From the NCBI GenBank assembly GCA_009927165.1, contig RFNO01000053.1:16143-80142 (forward strand): DNA of 64,000 nucleotides. The letters are read 5' to 3'. The first letter of the stretch is position 1, and every line of letters starts with the position of its first letter. Positions 29,944 to 40,010 of the stretch are shown here, one piece after another. Origin of the DNA: Pseudomonadota bacterium. GTDB lineage: Bacteria > Bdellovibrionota > FAC87 > UBA2466. The position numbers and the translations under genes were made by a program. The notes beneath the pieces were generated by a model. The model was not told the origin of the DNA. It saw only the letters and a program-made list of their open reading frames with translations, and searched no databases.

Positions 29944-31731
29944 ATGAACGAGACACTTCAAAGATGGCTTGAGACAGCTCAGTCGTATTTCGAGACTTTC
30001 TCAAGACAGAAGAAAATTCTGGTGGGCGTTACTGCTGCCCTAGTTGTGACTGGCTTGGTCGCACTTACCGTAATGCTTCGACGTGATCCCATGCAGGTTC
30101 TTTACTCGGAACTTCGACCTGAAGAAACTAAAAGTGTTTCTAAAAAGCTCAGCGAACAAAACGTTCCTTACCAAGTCAGTGAAGATGGGGCTACTATTTC
30201 AGTGCCCTCCAGCCAAGTGTATCGAGCTCGAATGGAGTTGGCTAAAGAGGGATTGCCTGGCCAGGATCTCGTGGGATTTGAAAAATTTGATGCTTCAACA
30301 ATTGGGATGTCAAGTTACGTGCAGCGGATTCAGTATGTACGGGCTGTTCAGGGTGAATTGACTCGCTCTATCCAGAGATTGGCTTCCGTTAAGACCGCTA
30401 GAGTTCACATTAGTGTTCCGCCTAAAAAAACTTTTCTTGAAGAAGAAGATCCTCCAAAAGCATCCGTGGTCTTAGAGTTGCGAGCGGGAATGACTCCCTC
30501 AAAGCAAGAAACGGCTGGGATCGCTCATTTAGTGGCCAGTGCCGTTGAAGGTCTAAAAGTTAATCAAATCACAATTGTAGATACTAAAGGAAATTTCCTG
30601 CATCGCCCAGAAGACAGTCTAACTCCAGCTATTCCTTCAGCACTGTTAGAGATGCAGCGCGCCATTGAAGTGGAGTACGAGAGACGTATTGAAGAAATGC
30701 TCACGCCAGTGGTTGGTTTTGGTAAAGTACGTGCCAAAGTAACTGCAGAAATTGATCCGTCGAGAGTAAATACAACCGAAGAGACATTTGACTCCGAAAA
30801 AGCAGTCCCCCGGAGTGTGACAAAAATGGATGAAAGCAATTCCGGTTCCCGCCCTAACCCCATGGGAATTCCTGGCAGTCGATCAAACTTGCCCGGTACT
30901 GAAGTCAACAATCCCCCGTCACCCGTTGCAACCAGTTCAAATGAAAAAAATTCCAGCAACACTACCTATGCCATTCCGAGAAAAGTTCAAGTCGTCGATA
31001 AGCCCAGTGGGTCTATCAAGAGGTTAACGATAGCGGTGGTGGTTGACGGTTATTACAATAAAGCTCCTAACGCTACAACTGAGACCTTTGCTCCCCGAAA
31101 TGAGGAAGAGCTCCGTCGAATTCAGGATCTGGTTGCAAATTCGGTTGGTTTTGATTCCGAGCGGAGAGACAGCATCACAGTAAGCTCCATGCCGTTTAAC
31201 ACTAATGAAATCAAGGACACCGATGAAAAGCAGACTCCGGCTGTCACATGGCAAAACTTAGCCCCGCAAATGCTTAGAAATGGTCTTGTAGCCCTTGTTT
31301 TCCTAGCATTCTTCTTCTTAGTGATGCGGCCTTTCTTAAAATGGATGAGCAGTTCCGAATCAGCAAACAATAGGAACAAAGACGGAACTCTGGTTCCTCG
31401 AACAGTGGGTGAGATAGAAGCAGCGGTAAAGGCTGCCAGCGAATCGGGAGTTCAAGCCGATCAGGTTGCCGAAGCTTTGATGGCACAGGCCAATGATGCC
31501 TCAGGCAGCGCAGGAACCAACCCAGAAATTGCCGCACAAATGGCAGCCAACGATGAAGATGATAACGTGATTCGGGGAGTCTTTGGTGATACTGCTGAGA
31601 AAAAAGAGGAGCGTCAGCTGAAAAAGCTGATCGTCGAGCAGATAGAAAAATCACCCAAGAAGAGCTTCAGAATTTTACAGGATTGGATCGAAGAAGATGA
31701 TGAAATGAAGGCCTCTGAGGTAAGTGCATGA
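29944..31731 (+). CDS. fliF: Flagellar M-ring protein FliF
   Basis: N-terminal TM, conserved FliF/YscJ region (GQDLVGFEKF...RIQYVRAVQGELTRSI), second TM near the C-terminus. Confidence 0.85.
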   Translation: MNETLQRWLETAQSYFETFSRQKKILVGVTAALVVTGLVALTVMLRRDPMQVLYSELRPEETKSVSKKLSEQNVPYQVSEDGATISVPSSQVYRARMELAKEGLPGQDLVGFEKFDASTIGMSSYVQRIQYVRAVQGELTRSIQRLASVKTARVHISVPPKKTFLEEEDPPKASVVLELRAGMTPSKQETAGIAHLVASAVEGLKVNQITIVDTKGNFLHRPEDSLTPAIPSALLEMQRAIEVEYERRIEEMLTPVVGFGKVRAKVTAEIDPSRVNTTEETFDSEKAVPRSVTKMDESNSGSRPNPMGIPGSRSNLPGTEVNNPPSPVATSSNEKNSSNTTYAIPRKVQVVDKPSGSIKRLTIAVVVDGYYNKAPNATTETFAPRNEEELRRIQDLVANSVGFDSERRDSITVSSMPFNTNEIKDTDEKQTPAVTWQNLAPQMLRNGLVALVFLAFFFLVMRPFLKWMSSSESANNRNKDGTLVPRTVGEIEAAVKAASESGVQADQVAEALMAQANDASGSAGTNPEIAAQMAANDEDDNVIRGVFGDTAEKKEERQLKKLIVEQIEKSPKKSFRILQDWIEEDDEMKASEVSA

Positions 31732-32750
31732 AGGAAATGAGAAACGGTCAATTAACTGGGATTGAGAAAATCGCAGTGCTAATGAATGTCATTGGCAAAG
31801 AAAAGTCTGGTGAGCTGTTGAAGCAAATGAAAGACTCAGATGTTCGCCGACTGCTGAAAGTGATGAGCAGCATGAAGAAGGCACCCGTGCAGCTTATCAA
31901 TGATGTACTTAAAGAGTACCTTTATAAATTAAGTGAAAAAGATGAAATTATTTTCGAAGAAAACCTTTCTGAACCAGAATTGATAAGTCAGGTTCTTGGC
32001 TCAGAACGCGCAAAGCAAATTTTCGGAGGCAACAGAGCGGTCAATCTGGTTGAGCGAAAGAGTCTGACCGTTTTGGAAACGGTAGATCCAAAGACTCTTG
32101 CAGAGTTTCTTGTGGATGAGCATCCTCAAACAATTGCATTAATTATCGCCCACATGGATGTGGAACAACAAATCACCATGATTAAAGCTCTTCCCGATAA
32201 TCTCAGGCCAGAAATTGTCACTCGAATGGCTACCCTTGAATATGTATCTCCTGAGAAAATTGACGAATTAGACGAAGTTCTTAAAAGAGATCTCATTGGC
32301 AAGGCAGTAGGAAACAAGAATCAATTTGGCGGAGTGCCAGCTATTGCGGATCTCATTAATAATCTCGATAAAAGAACAATGACTTCTTTAATGACTCGCC
32401 TTGAAGATAAAGATCCAATACTGGCTGTAGAGATAAAGCAACATATCTTTAGTTTTACGGATGTTATTAAGATCGATAATCGAGGCCTCCAATTGGTCCT
32501 TAGGGACGTTCCAAATCAAACTCTGCTTTTGGCCCTGAAAAATGCGCCTGAAGAACTAAGAGAAAAGCTTTATGAAGCAATGTCTGAGCGGGCAGCAGCC
32601 ATGTTGAAAGATGACTTAGCAGCGTTAGGTCCACAGCGAGTATCAGACGTTGAAAAGGCTCAGAAAGAAATTGTGACTGTAGTCAAACGACTAGAAAAAG
32701 AAGGGAAAATTATCATTGGCGTGGGTGAAGAGTCAGATATGGTCCCCTGA
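31728..32750 (+). CDS. fliG: Flagellar motor switch protein FliG
   Basis: LTGIEKIAVLMNVIGKEKSGELLKQM start and conserved FliG middle and C domains. Confidence 0.85.
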   Translation: MKEMRNGQLTGIEKIAVLMNVIGKEKSGELLKQMKDSDVRRLLKVMSSMKKAPVQLINDVLKEYLYKLSEKDEIIFEENLSEPELISQVLGSERAKQIFGGNRAVNLVERKSLTVLETVDPKTLAEFLVDEHPQTIALIIAHMDVEQQITMIKALPDNLRPEIVTRMATLEYVSPEKIDELDEVLKRDLIGKAVGNKNQFGGVPAIADLINNLDKRTMTSLMTRLEDKDPILAVEIKQHIFSFTDVIKIDNRGLQLVLRDVPNQTLLLALKNAPEELREKLYEAMSERAAAMLKDDLAALGPQRVSDVEKAQKEIVTVVKRLEKEGKIIIGVGEESDMVP

Positions 32751-33573
32751 CCAAATAAGGGAACAAGGGGAGTTTGTTCGTTTTCGGGCAGCCGATGTGC
32801 GCACTTTGCCTCAGTTTTCGGAGGCTGTAGCTCAGAAGGCTTCTGCTTGGAGCGGTGAAGTGTCCCAATCAACTGGCGAACATTTTCGTATGGCTGGCGA
32901 GTATTGGGATGGCCTCATGAATGATCCCATGTTCCGAGAGCGTTTTGATGCTTTGGTCGAGAAAGAAGTAAGGTCTCGCCTGTTGAAACGTTTGGAACAT
33001 CATGAAACTGAAGTTTTACCTGAAATTTCAAAAGAAGCCATGAAGCAAGGATATCAAGAGGGAAAAAATTTAGCCCATGAGCAGCTCGAGGAAGAAATCA
33101 ATAAGATCGAACAAAATCTGACTTATACTTGGCAGGAAAAAGTTGGCGAACTAGAGAAAAGCAAAACTGAAGCCTCCGCGCTATTAGATTCTCTTGTTGC
33201 TGAATGGAAAAATCAGCGTGAATCCCTTTTGCACAGCCATGAGCGCGAATGGTGCCAAGCTATGTTGCATCTCATGAAAAGATTCCAGATGGAAAAGAGT
33301 GAGAGTTATGGAAAAGCTCTTGAAATTTGGATGGCTGAAGCGATACCGGAATTTGTAACCAAGAGCCCTGTCACTGTTTGTGTGCCGGACTATGAATGGG
33401 AAAAATACGCCGATTGTCTTGGAAAAAAAGAAAGTGAAGGAAAATGGCATCTGGTGCGAGACTCAAAATTAATGCCTGGACAAATTCGATTTGAAGCTGG
33501 GGCCGGCGGGGCGATTTTCGATTCCGGAAATAATTACCAAAAATTAGTGGATTGGTTGGAAACAATCAGATGA
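32716..33573 (+). CDS. fliH: Flagellar assembly/export protein FliH (start uncertain)
   Basis: Position between fliG and fliI. Coiled-coil. C-terminal ...GGAIFDSGNNYQKLVDWLE resembles the FliH/ATP-synthase-b-like C-domain. Confidence 0.55.
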   Translation: MAWVKSQIWSPDQIREQGEFVRFRAADVRTLPQFSEAVAQKASAWSGEVSQSTGEHFRMAGEYWDGLMNDPMFRERFDALVEKEVRSRLLKRLEHHETEVLPEISKEAMKQGYQEGKNLAHEQLEEEINKIEQNLTYTWQEKVGELEKSKTEASALLDSLVAEWKNQRESLLHSHEREWCQAMLHLMKRFQMEKSESYGKALEIWMAEAIPEFVTKSPVTVCVPDYEWEKYADCLGKKESEGKWHLVRDSKLMPGQIRFEAGAGGAIFDSGNNYQKLVDWLETIR

Positions 33574-34870
33574 ATCTAGAACAATTCTGCAAACAAATCC
33601 GAGATGAGTCGTTTGTAACATTTTGTGGACGTGTGACGAAAGTTAGAAGAGATTCGGTTCGGGTCTTCGTACCTAACGCAAAAGTGGGCTCGGTGGTTAT
33701 GGTTCAGGGGAGACAGAAAGAAATTCCGTTAGAAATCGTTAGTTTAGATCCAGAAGGTCATGTCGCAATGCCTTTGGATGAATTAAACAGTGTTCAGTTA
33801 GGTGACCTCGTTACACTTCGCGAAGAACAAGCAGTTATCCCCGTTGGAAAGGAACTGCTTGGCCAAGTCGTTGATTCACTCTGTAGGCCACTTGAGACAA
33901 ATAGGAAGCTCAATTTACCAGATTCCATTTCGCTTTATGGTGAATACTTAAACCCAATGGATCGAACGATTATTCGGGAACCTATCGACTTGGGCGTGAG
34001 GACAATAAACGCCCTTCTTACTTGTGGTCTTGGCCAAAGAGCAGGAATTTTCGCTGGTTCAGGAGTGGGTAAAAGTGTTCTGTTAGGGATGATGGCTAGA
34101 TTTACTTCTGCAGATGTTGTGGTTGTGGGACTTATCGGAGAACGAGGCAAAGAGGTACGAGAGTTTATAGAGCACGAGTTGGGAGAAGAAGGCAGAAAAA
34201 AAAGTGTGACTGTCGTCGAAACAGCTGAGAAATCTCCCGTCAGGCGTGTCCGTGGAGCATATGTTAGTACTGCTATAGCGGAATATTTTCGAAAACAAGG
34301 TCTACAAGTGTTGCTCTTAATGGATTCTCTTACTCGCTTTGCGATGGCACAGCGAGAAATCGGTATGGCGGCGGGCGAGCCACCCACCAGTAAAGGTTAT
34401 ACGCCTAGTGTATTTTCGGGAATTTCCCGACTGGTTGAGCGTGCGGGAAATTTCGGGGCCGAAGGCAGCATCACTGGTCTTTATACAGTTTTGGTTGAGG
34501 GAGATGACTTAGAGGATCCGGTTGCAGACAGTGCCGGTCAATCTTGGACGGCCACTTGGTATTATCCCGAAAAATAGCAAACAAAGGACAATATCCAGCA
34601 ATCGATATCTTGCAGAGTGTGAGCCGAGTAATGGATCAAGTTACCGAAAAGACTCACTCCACATCGGCACGAAGGGTAAAGCAAATCTTAGCTCGCTTTC
34701 AGGATAACGAAGATGCAATTAACTTAGGTCTCTATAATAGAGGGAGTGACCAGACAATTGACGAAGCGATTGAGAAAGAACCTATTATCCTCGATTTCCT
34801 CAAACAAGGAAGAGACGAGCACTCATCATTTTTTGATTCGAAAAGTAAACTCTTGGAAATTGCTAGATGA
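33552..34870 (+). CDS. fliI: Flagellum-specific ATPase FliI, interrupted by a -1 frameshift near 34533-34537 (reading frame continues in ORF 34544..34870); possible pseudogene or sequencing error
   Basis: Walker A GSGVGKS and Walker B LLLMDSLTRFA in the first ORF. The FliI C-terminus DGHLVLSRKIANKGQYPAIDILQSVSR is in the next frame. A single missing C in gcc(c)gg would restore ...VADSARSILDGH... Confidence 0.8.
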
Positions 34871-35301
34871 GATTTAAATTCCGGCTCGAAAAAATTGCGA
34901 ATTATTTTACGCAGAAGGAATTTGCAAAAAAAATTGAGTTAGCAAAAGTGTTGAGAGATTTGGCTCAGAGCAAAAGCCTAAAAGAATCAATTGAAAGAGA
35001 AAACCTAGGGTTGTTAAAAAACCAAAGCCAAAAATCACAAGTAGGAGTCGAGTGGTTAAAGCTCTTCATGGATCGTATCGACCACAACATCATTTCACTT
35101 GAGAAATTAAAAGTTGTGATTGGAGAACAGCAAACAGTGGTTGATCTAAAAAGAAAAGAGCTCAACATTCTGAGCGCTAAAAAGAAAGCTCTCGAAACCA
35201 TGCGCGATAAAAAGATGGCGGAATTCAAAGTGATTGCAAATCGAAACGCACAGAAGAAGTTGGACGAAAGCTTTGAGCTATTAAAGACAGAAAAAAAATG
35301 A
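34867..35301 (+). CDS. fliJ: Flagellar export protein FliJ
   Basis: MRFKFRLEKI... N-terminus typical of FliJ. All-coiled-coil, ~144 aa, directly after fliI. Confidence 0.6.
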   Translation: MRFKFRLEKIANYFTQKEFAKKIELAKVLRDLAQSKSLKESIERENLGLLKNQSQKSQVGVEWLKLFMDRIDHNIISLEKLKVVIGEQQTVVDLKRKELNILSAKKKALETMRDKKMAEFKVIANRNAQKKLDESFELLKTEKK

Positions 35302-35915
35302 ACAGACTTTTTACATTTATCCTATTATGTTTCGCTGGATTACTTCCCGCTCATCTCAGTGCAGATGTATCAAAAGTGGAAGAAATCGGGAATCAGAAAA
35401 AACTTCTCGAACAGAGAGAGCAGGAACTCAATGCTCGGGAGGCGACACTAAAGGAGCAGATTGCAAGCCATGTTCGCGTCATACAGGACCTTCAGGAAAG
35501 ATTTAGCAAGGACAAGCGCGCCATGGAGGAGAAGCTGAATCAGCGAGAAGTTGAGTTGAATAAAAAGCTGATCGAAAAAGAGCAGGAGCTCAAAAAAAAG
35601 ACGATTGAACTTGAGAGTGTACGAGACCATCGCGCCAAAAGTTATCGACTGATCTACGAAAAAATGGAGCCAAAAAATGCGGCAAAGATTCTGGAGGATA
35701 TCGATGCTTCACTTGCATTGCAGATTTTAGCCGACATGAGGGAACAAAAGGCCGCTGAAATTTTATCTAAAATGAACCCAGAGAAGGCGAGAAGTATTAC
35801 TGAGTACGGGTTTGGAAAAAGACAGTTGGCCTCGCCAGCTGGAGGCAACCAAAAGATTTCTCAAAAGGTCAATGAAGTAAACGAGAAGAGTCCGATAGCT
35901 CCCATCGGAGAGTAG
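35298..35915 (+). CDS. Flagellar protein with MgtE_N-like domain (FlbB/MotE/YlxF-like)
   Basis: Signal peptide, coiled coil, then PKNAAKILEDIDASLALQILADMREQKAAEILSKMNPEKARSI (MgtE N-terminal-like). Same position as ylxF/flbB in Firmicute and spirochaete fla operons. Confidence 0.55.
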   Translation: MNRLFTFILLCFAGLLPAHLSADVSKVEEIGNQKKLLEQREQELNAREATLKEQIASHVRVIQDLQERFSKDKRAMEEKLNQREVELNKKLIEKEQELKKKTIELESVRDHRAKSYRLIYEKMEPKNAAKILEDIDASLALQILADMREQKAAEILSKMNPEKARSITEYGFGKRQLASPAGGNQKISQKVNEVNEKSPIAPIGE

Positions 35916-35945
35916 TCCAAAAATCAAAGAAAGGAGGTAAAAACA

Positions 35946-37244
35946 ATGCTACATAATATTTATTCAAGCAGTCTTAATCTGTCTGCTTTGTCCGTTATGG
36001 GTGGTGAAAGTCTGGGCTTGCCTGAGACAGGAGAATTCGATTTTTTGAATTATCTTTTGGGCCTTCAGGTAACGAGTTCGGAAAGCTCAACTGAATTAGA
36101 TGGATTGATGTCTGGATTGAACGCTAAGAATGGTCAGGAGTCTAAGCTTGATTCTAATGAAGCCCTTTTGGAACTTTTTGATCGAAAGGCTTCAAGAGAT
36201 TCGTCGGTGCTTATTGGGCAACCGATGATGGGACCGGTTCAGCCTCAAGTTGCTCCCTTAACTGTTCAAACAGTTCAAAAAATGGAATCTGCTGAAAGCA
36301 CAATGGGCCGTCTTGATGACAAGATTCCCGTTATTAAATCTTATAAAGAAGATAAACAGCAGGTTTTGGGTCAAAATGTACTTGAAGATCCTATCGGTCA
36401 GCTTGCCTTCAACAAGGCGATGTATGATCAGAACCGGAGCTCAGTAAATAGCGGTCCAAGATCCAAGGACGCCGATCCACAGGTTGTGTTCGACCAAAAG
36501 GAAAGAATGATTCAATCCTATATGGGCTCGAAAAAACAACCAGAGGCTAATGCCGATAGTCCAGAGTTAGCCATGGGAAAAGTGACGATTAACGAGACTC
36601 GGTTCGACAATGAAGAAGCAGACACCATCGACGGCCCTAAGCGACAAACTCATCGATCAGAAGAGTTTGATGTCGTTTCTGATACATCGGCACCTATGCT
36701 ACAAAATAACGTAGTTACGGTGAACTCGAAGGTCACAGGGCTGGAGAAAGTGAGCCATCATACGGTTCCTGAGCTCTTCCAAAAAGTCGAATCAATGGTC
36801 CATCACGGCGGAGGAAAACTGACGGTTACTTTGACACCACCCGATTTGGGACAGGTCGAGATACACGTCAGTACCAAAGGCAAGAATGTTGAGGTTTCTG
36901 TGAAATCAGATAACGATTTTGCAAAAGCCGCCATTGAAAGCCAAGTCGCTGATCTCCAGCAGTCTTTGCAGAATCAGGATCTTAATTTGAGTAAAATTGA
37001 GGTCCACGTCAGCAGAGAAATGGAGCCATCATTTTTAGAAAATCAATATGCTCAGTTTTCTGGAAATGGAAGTCTGTACCAGCAGTCACAAAGCTCGCGT
37101 CAGGATTCAGCAAAGAATCCCTGGCAAGTGAATCACCTGGATAGTTCTCATCCACGGAATCGGATGACTACCACATCAGCTGTTTCGACAGCTGCTTTGC
37201 ATGGGGTTAACCAAGGAACTGGACGAGTTGATATCCGCATCTAG
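35946..37244 (+). CDS. fliK: Flagellar hook-length control protein FliK
   Basis: Low-complexity N-terminal region and conserved C-terminal Flg_hook domain (GGGKLTVTLTPPDLGQVEIHVS...). Confidence 0.7.
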   Translation: MLHNIYSSSLNLSALSVMGGESLGLPETGEFDFLNYLLGLQVTSSESSTELDGLMSGLNAKNGQESKLDSNEALLELFDRKASRDSSVLIGQPMMGPVQPQVAPLTVQTVQKMESAESTMGRLDDKIPVIKSYKEDKQQVLGQNVLEDPIGQLAFNKAMYDQNRSSVNSGPRSKDADPQVVFDQKERMIQSYMGSKKQPEANADSPELAMGKVTINETRFDNEEADTIDGPKRQTHRSEEFDVVSDTSAPMLQNNVVTVNSKVTGLEKVSHHTVPELFQKVESMVHHGGGKLTVTLTPPDLGQVEIHVSTKGKNVEVSVKSDNDFAKAAIESQVADLQQSLQNQDLNLSKIEVHVSREMEPSFLENQYAQFSGNGSLYQQSQSSRQDSAKNPWQVNHLDSSHPRNRMTTTSAVSTAALHGVNQGTGRVDIRI

Positions 37245-37253
37245 AGAGAAACC

Positions 37254-38213
37254 ATGAACGAATTATCTGCTGCTTTGCCAAGTAAGCTCACCGAGATGCC
37301 TGCGGAAAGATCTAAACCCAAGAACACTTTGGGTAAGGATGATTTTCTCAAGCTTCTCATGGCGCAGCTGAATAATCAGGATCCCCTTAAGCCAATGGAA
37401 CACCAGGAGTTCTCAGCTCAATTGGCACAATTCGGATCCTTGGAGCAGTTACAAAATATCCACAAGGGGATTGAGAATCTTCAAGGGGGTATGGGTAACG
37501 AGTCCAAGCTTTCGGCAATTGGCATGATTGGAAAGCAAGTTCATGCCAATGGTAACGAGGTGAATCTGGTTGAAGGTCAGGCCATTAATCTTACTTTTTC
37601 AAAAAAGGAGGGGATTAATCCTGTGCAAGCACAGATCTATTCGGAATCTGGAAAAGTGGTACGTGAACTGGATATCGATCCAAGAACTAAAAATGGTGAA
37701 ATTAGCTGGGATGGAAAAGATCAAGAAGGAAAAGCACTCCCGTCAGGAAAATACACGTTTAGAGTGCAAGGAGTTGGCTCATCGGGCCAAGCCGAAGAGC
37801 TGGGAGCAGAGCTCTCTGGACGTGTGACGGCAGTTGAAATGAACGGGAATAATCCCGTGCTTGTAGTTCAAACTGCCTCGGGAACTTCCAAACTTGAACT
37901 TAATAAAGTTAATACAGTTACTCAGGATTCAGGTTCGAACTCCAAAGAAAGTTTGAGCCCGAAGCTTGATAAAAGTAAAGCAAGTGAAGCTAAAACCATT
38001 GCTAACAATCTGAAGGGGCTTTCTTCAGCGGAAAACACAAATGAATCGGAAGGAACCACCGCAGTGAAATCGGCAAGTAACAGCATACCTGTTGATATTT
38101 CTGAGGTGGTTAATGTCGATTCGAGTGAAAATGAAAGTGAAGAAGGAATTCCTTGGGAAGACCAGTGGCGAGGCTTTCCTGCTTTTGCTTCTCCAAAGGA
38201 TCTCAGACCATGA
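37254..38213 (+). CDS. flgD: Flagellar hook capping/assembly protein FlgD, with a long Ser/Glu-rich C-terminal extension
   Basis: KDDFLKLLMAQLNNQDPLKPMEHQEF FlgD N-motif and the hook-cap domain. 319 aa versus the typical 140-230. Confidence 0.8.
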   Translation: MNELSAALPSKLTEMPAERSKPKNTLGKDDFLKLLMAQLNNQDPLKPMEHQEFSAQLAQFGSLEQLQNIHKGIENLQGGMGNESKLSAIGMIGKQVHANGNEVNLVEGQAINLTFSKKEGINPVQAQIYSESGKVVRELDIDPRTKNGEISWDGKDQEGKALPSGKYTFRVQGVGSSGQAEELGAELSGRVTAVEMNGNNPVLVVQTASGTSKLELNKVNTVTQDSGSNSKESLSPKLDKSKASEAKTIANNLKGLSSAENTNESEGTTAVKSASNSIPVDISEVVNVDSSENESEEGIPWEDQWRGFPAFASPKDLRP

Positions 38214-38608
38214 GCATTCAAGATCTCTATAGAGCTGGGAATTTTTCGATAAATCCTTCTGGAGTAGGTTCGATTGGTGATCGACCGTCAATCGGTAGCA
38301 CCAAAGCTCCTACCAATCCGGATGAGTTTCAAAAGGTTCTTCGACAAGAAGAAGGAAAAATCAGCATGTCGCAACATGCGGAAACACGCATTCGTTCTCG
38401 TGAAATTCCGTGGAGTGCGGCAATGGAAAAACGGGTAATGGGTGGCATCGAAGCTCTTGAAGCCAAGGGCAGCCGAGAAGCGCTGATTCTCGCTGATGAT
38501 GTCGCTTTTATTGCCAATATCCGGTCGAAAACCATTGTAACGGCGATGGATCGAACGCAACTAAAAGAACGAGTTTTCACAAATATTGATAGCGCCGTTC
38601 TAGTCTAG
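38210..38608 (+). CDS. Small conserved-position flagellar operon protein of unknown function (between flgD and flgE)
   Basis: ATG overlapping the flgD stop (ATGA). 132 aa, no TM. Possibly related to the 'flagellar operon protein' family found between flgD and flgE in Firmicutes; not verifiable here. Confidence 0.4.
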   Translation: MSIQDLYRAGNFSINPSGVGSIGDRPSIGSTKAPTNPDEFQKVLRQEEGKISMSQHAETRIRSREIPWSAAMEKRVMGGIEALEAKGSREALILADDVAFIANIRSKTIVTAMDRTQLKERVFTNIDSAVLV

Positions 38609-38637
38609 CTGAGGCTGCCACCTCAGTTTTAACAAAA
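38609..38637 (+). terminator. Weak hairpin plus T-tract (ctgagg-ctgcca-cctcag-tttt) between the small ORF and flgE; possible attenuator or processing site
   Basis: 6-bp stem followed by TTTT. Low stability. Confidence 0.25.
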
Positions 38638-38710
38638 ACTCCCAAAGCTGGCCCGTGTTTTCGGTGCTTCCACACCTAAAACGGAAGCTTTGGATTATCT
38701 AGGAGGAAAC

Positions 38711-39988
38711 ATGGGTGTTGTATCTTCAATGAGTACTGCTATTTCAGGGCTTGAGGCCAATGGACAAGCCTTGGGCGTAATTACCGATAACATCGTAAAT
38801 GCCAATACAACCGGGTTCAAAGCATCTCGCTCTGAGTTCCAGAATATCCTGGCTGAAACAGGAGCCGGCGGAATTCAAGTTGGTCGTGGTGCTGGTCTGG
38901 CCGGTGTAACCAATATCTTAAATCAGGGGTCCATTACGCATACGGATCGTCCCACTGATCTTGCGATCAGCGGTAACGGTTTCTTCGTGCTAAAAGGGGA
39001 TGCCCTAGGCCAAACTTACACAAGAGACGGAAGTTTTCGTTTCGATAAAGATGGCTTCTTAGTCAATCTCAATGGTTATCGTGTTCAAGCATATGAAGCG
39101 ACTCCTGGTGGGCAGATTACTGGAAAAATGACAGATATTCGTATTCCCTATAATACGATCGCAGCTAAAGCGAGTGAGCGAGTGCAAGTCCACTTGAATC
39201 TGGATGCTCGAACAGCAGTCGGAGCTCCCCTTGATTTAGTCAAACCGGAAGAGTCAGCCCAGTTCAATACTGGAATCCAGGTATTTGACTCAGTCGGAAA
39301 TGCTCGACCGTTGACGATGTATTACAACAAAACCTCTGAAAACGTTTGGGAATTCCATGCGATGACTGACGGGGCAAATCTTATGGATGGAGTGCCTGGC
39401 GAACAAAGTGTTGTTATTCAGGGAACTCTTTCATTTGATCCCAATGGTCGACTCGAAAGCGTTCAACAAAATATCGTGAACAGCAACTTCGTGGGAGCCA
39501 TTCCGGACCAGAATCTCTATCTCGATTTTGGTGATCCGACTGATCAGTTGGGTACAGGAGAAAAGGGTACCACCCAATATGGTTCGAAAAGTGCTATGTT
39601 CCGAAATGTTCAGGATGGATGGGCAGCGGGTGTGTTAACGGATACATCTATCGATGCCGACGGGATGGTAAGTGGAATCTACACTAACGGTCAGAATCGT
39701 ACCTTGGGTCAACTGGGTGTTGCTCGTTTTGAATCGACGGAACGTCTTTCTAAAATGGGTGACAACCAATTCCGTGAAAGCGTCCTTTCGGGTCAACCCC
39801 TTATTGGAAAACCCAACACAAACGGAAGAGGCATTGTCATGACCAAGAGTCTTGAGCAATCAAACGTAGATTTAGCTCATGAATTCGTGCAGATGATTAA
39901 GGCACAACGAGGCTTCCAAGCATCTGCAAAAGGAGTCACAACAGCTAATGAAATGCTAGATGAAGTAGTGAACATTAAGAGTCGCTAA
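38711..39988 (+). CDS. flgE: Flagellar hook protein FlgE
   Basis: ATG at 38711 with an AGGAGG RBS. MGVVSSMSTAISGLEANGQA...NIVNANTTGFK N-motif and the conserved C-terminal motif. Confidence 0.85.
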   Translation: MGVVSSMSTAISGLEANGQALGVITDNIVNANTTGFKASRSEFQNILAETGAGGIQVGRGAGLAGVTNILNQGSITHTDRPTDLAISGNGFFVLKGDALGQTYTRDGSFRFDKDGFLVNLNGYRVQAYEATPGGQITGKMTDIRIPYNTIAAKASERVQVHLNLDARTAVGAPLDLVKPEESAQFNTGIQVFDSVGNARPLTMYYNKTSENVWEFHAMTDGANLMDGVPGEQSVVIQGTLSFDPNGRLESVQQNIVNSNFVGAIPDQNLYLDFGDPTDQLGTGEKGTTQYGSKSAMFRNVQDGWAAGVLTDTSIDADGMVSGIYTNGQNRTLGQLGVARFESTERLSKMGDNQFRESVLSGQPLIGKPNTNGRGIVMTKSLEQSNVDLAHEFVQMIKAQRGFQASAKGVTTANEMLDEVVNIKSR

Positions 39989-40010
39989 TAATCTAGGATT
40001 CTAAACCTGA

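Noticed and set aside
34522-34707. 61-aa ORF in the third frame across the fliI frameshift region
   Set aside because: It is simply the alternative frame overlapping the fliI junction. The FliI-homologous frames account for all of the sequence.
38640-38665. Sigma-54-like motif TGGCCC-GTGTT-TTCGG upstream of flgE
   Set aside because: The -12 element reads TTCG rather than the near-invariant TTGC (GG-N10-CG), so this is not a convincing independent promoter. flgE is probably transcribed from the flgB promoter.
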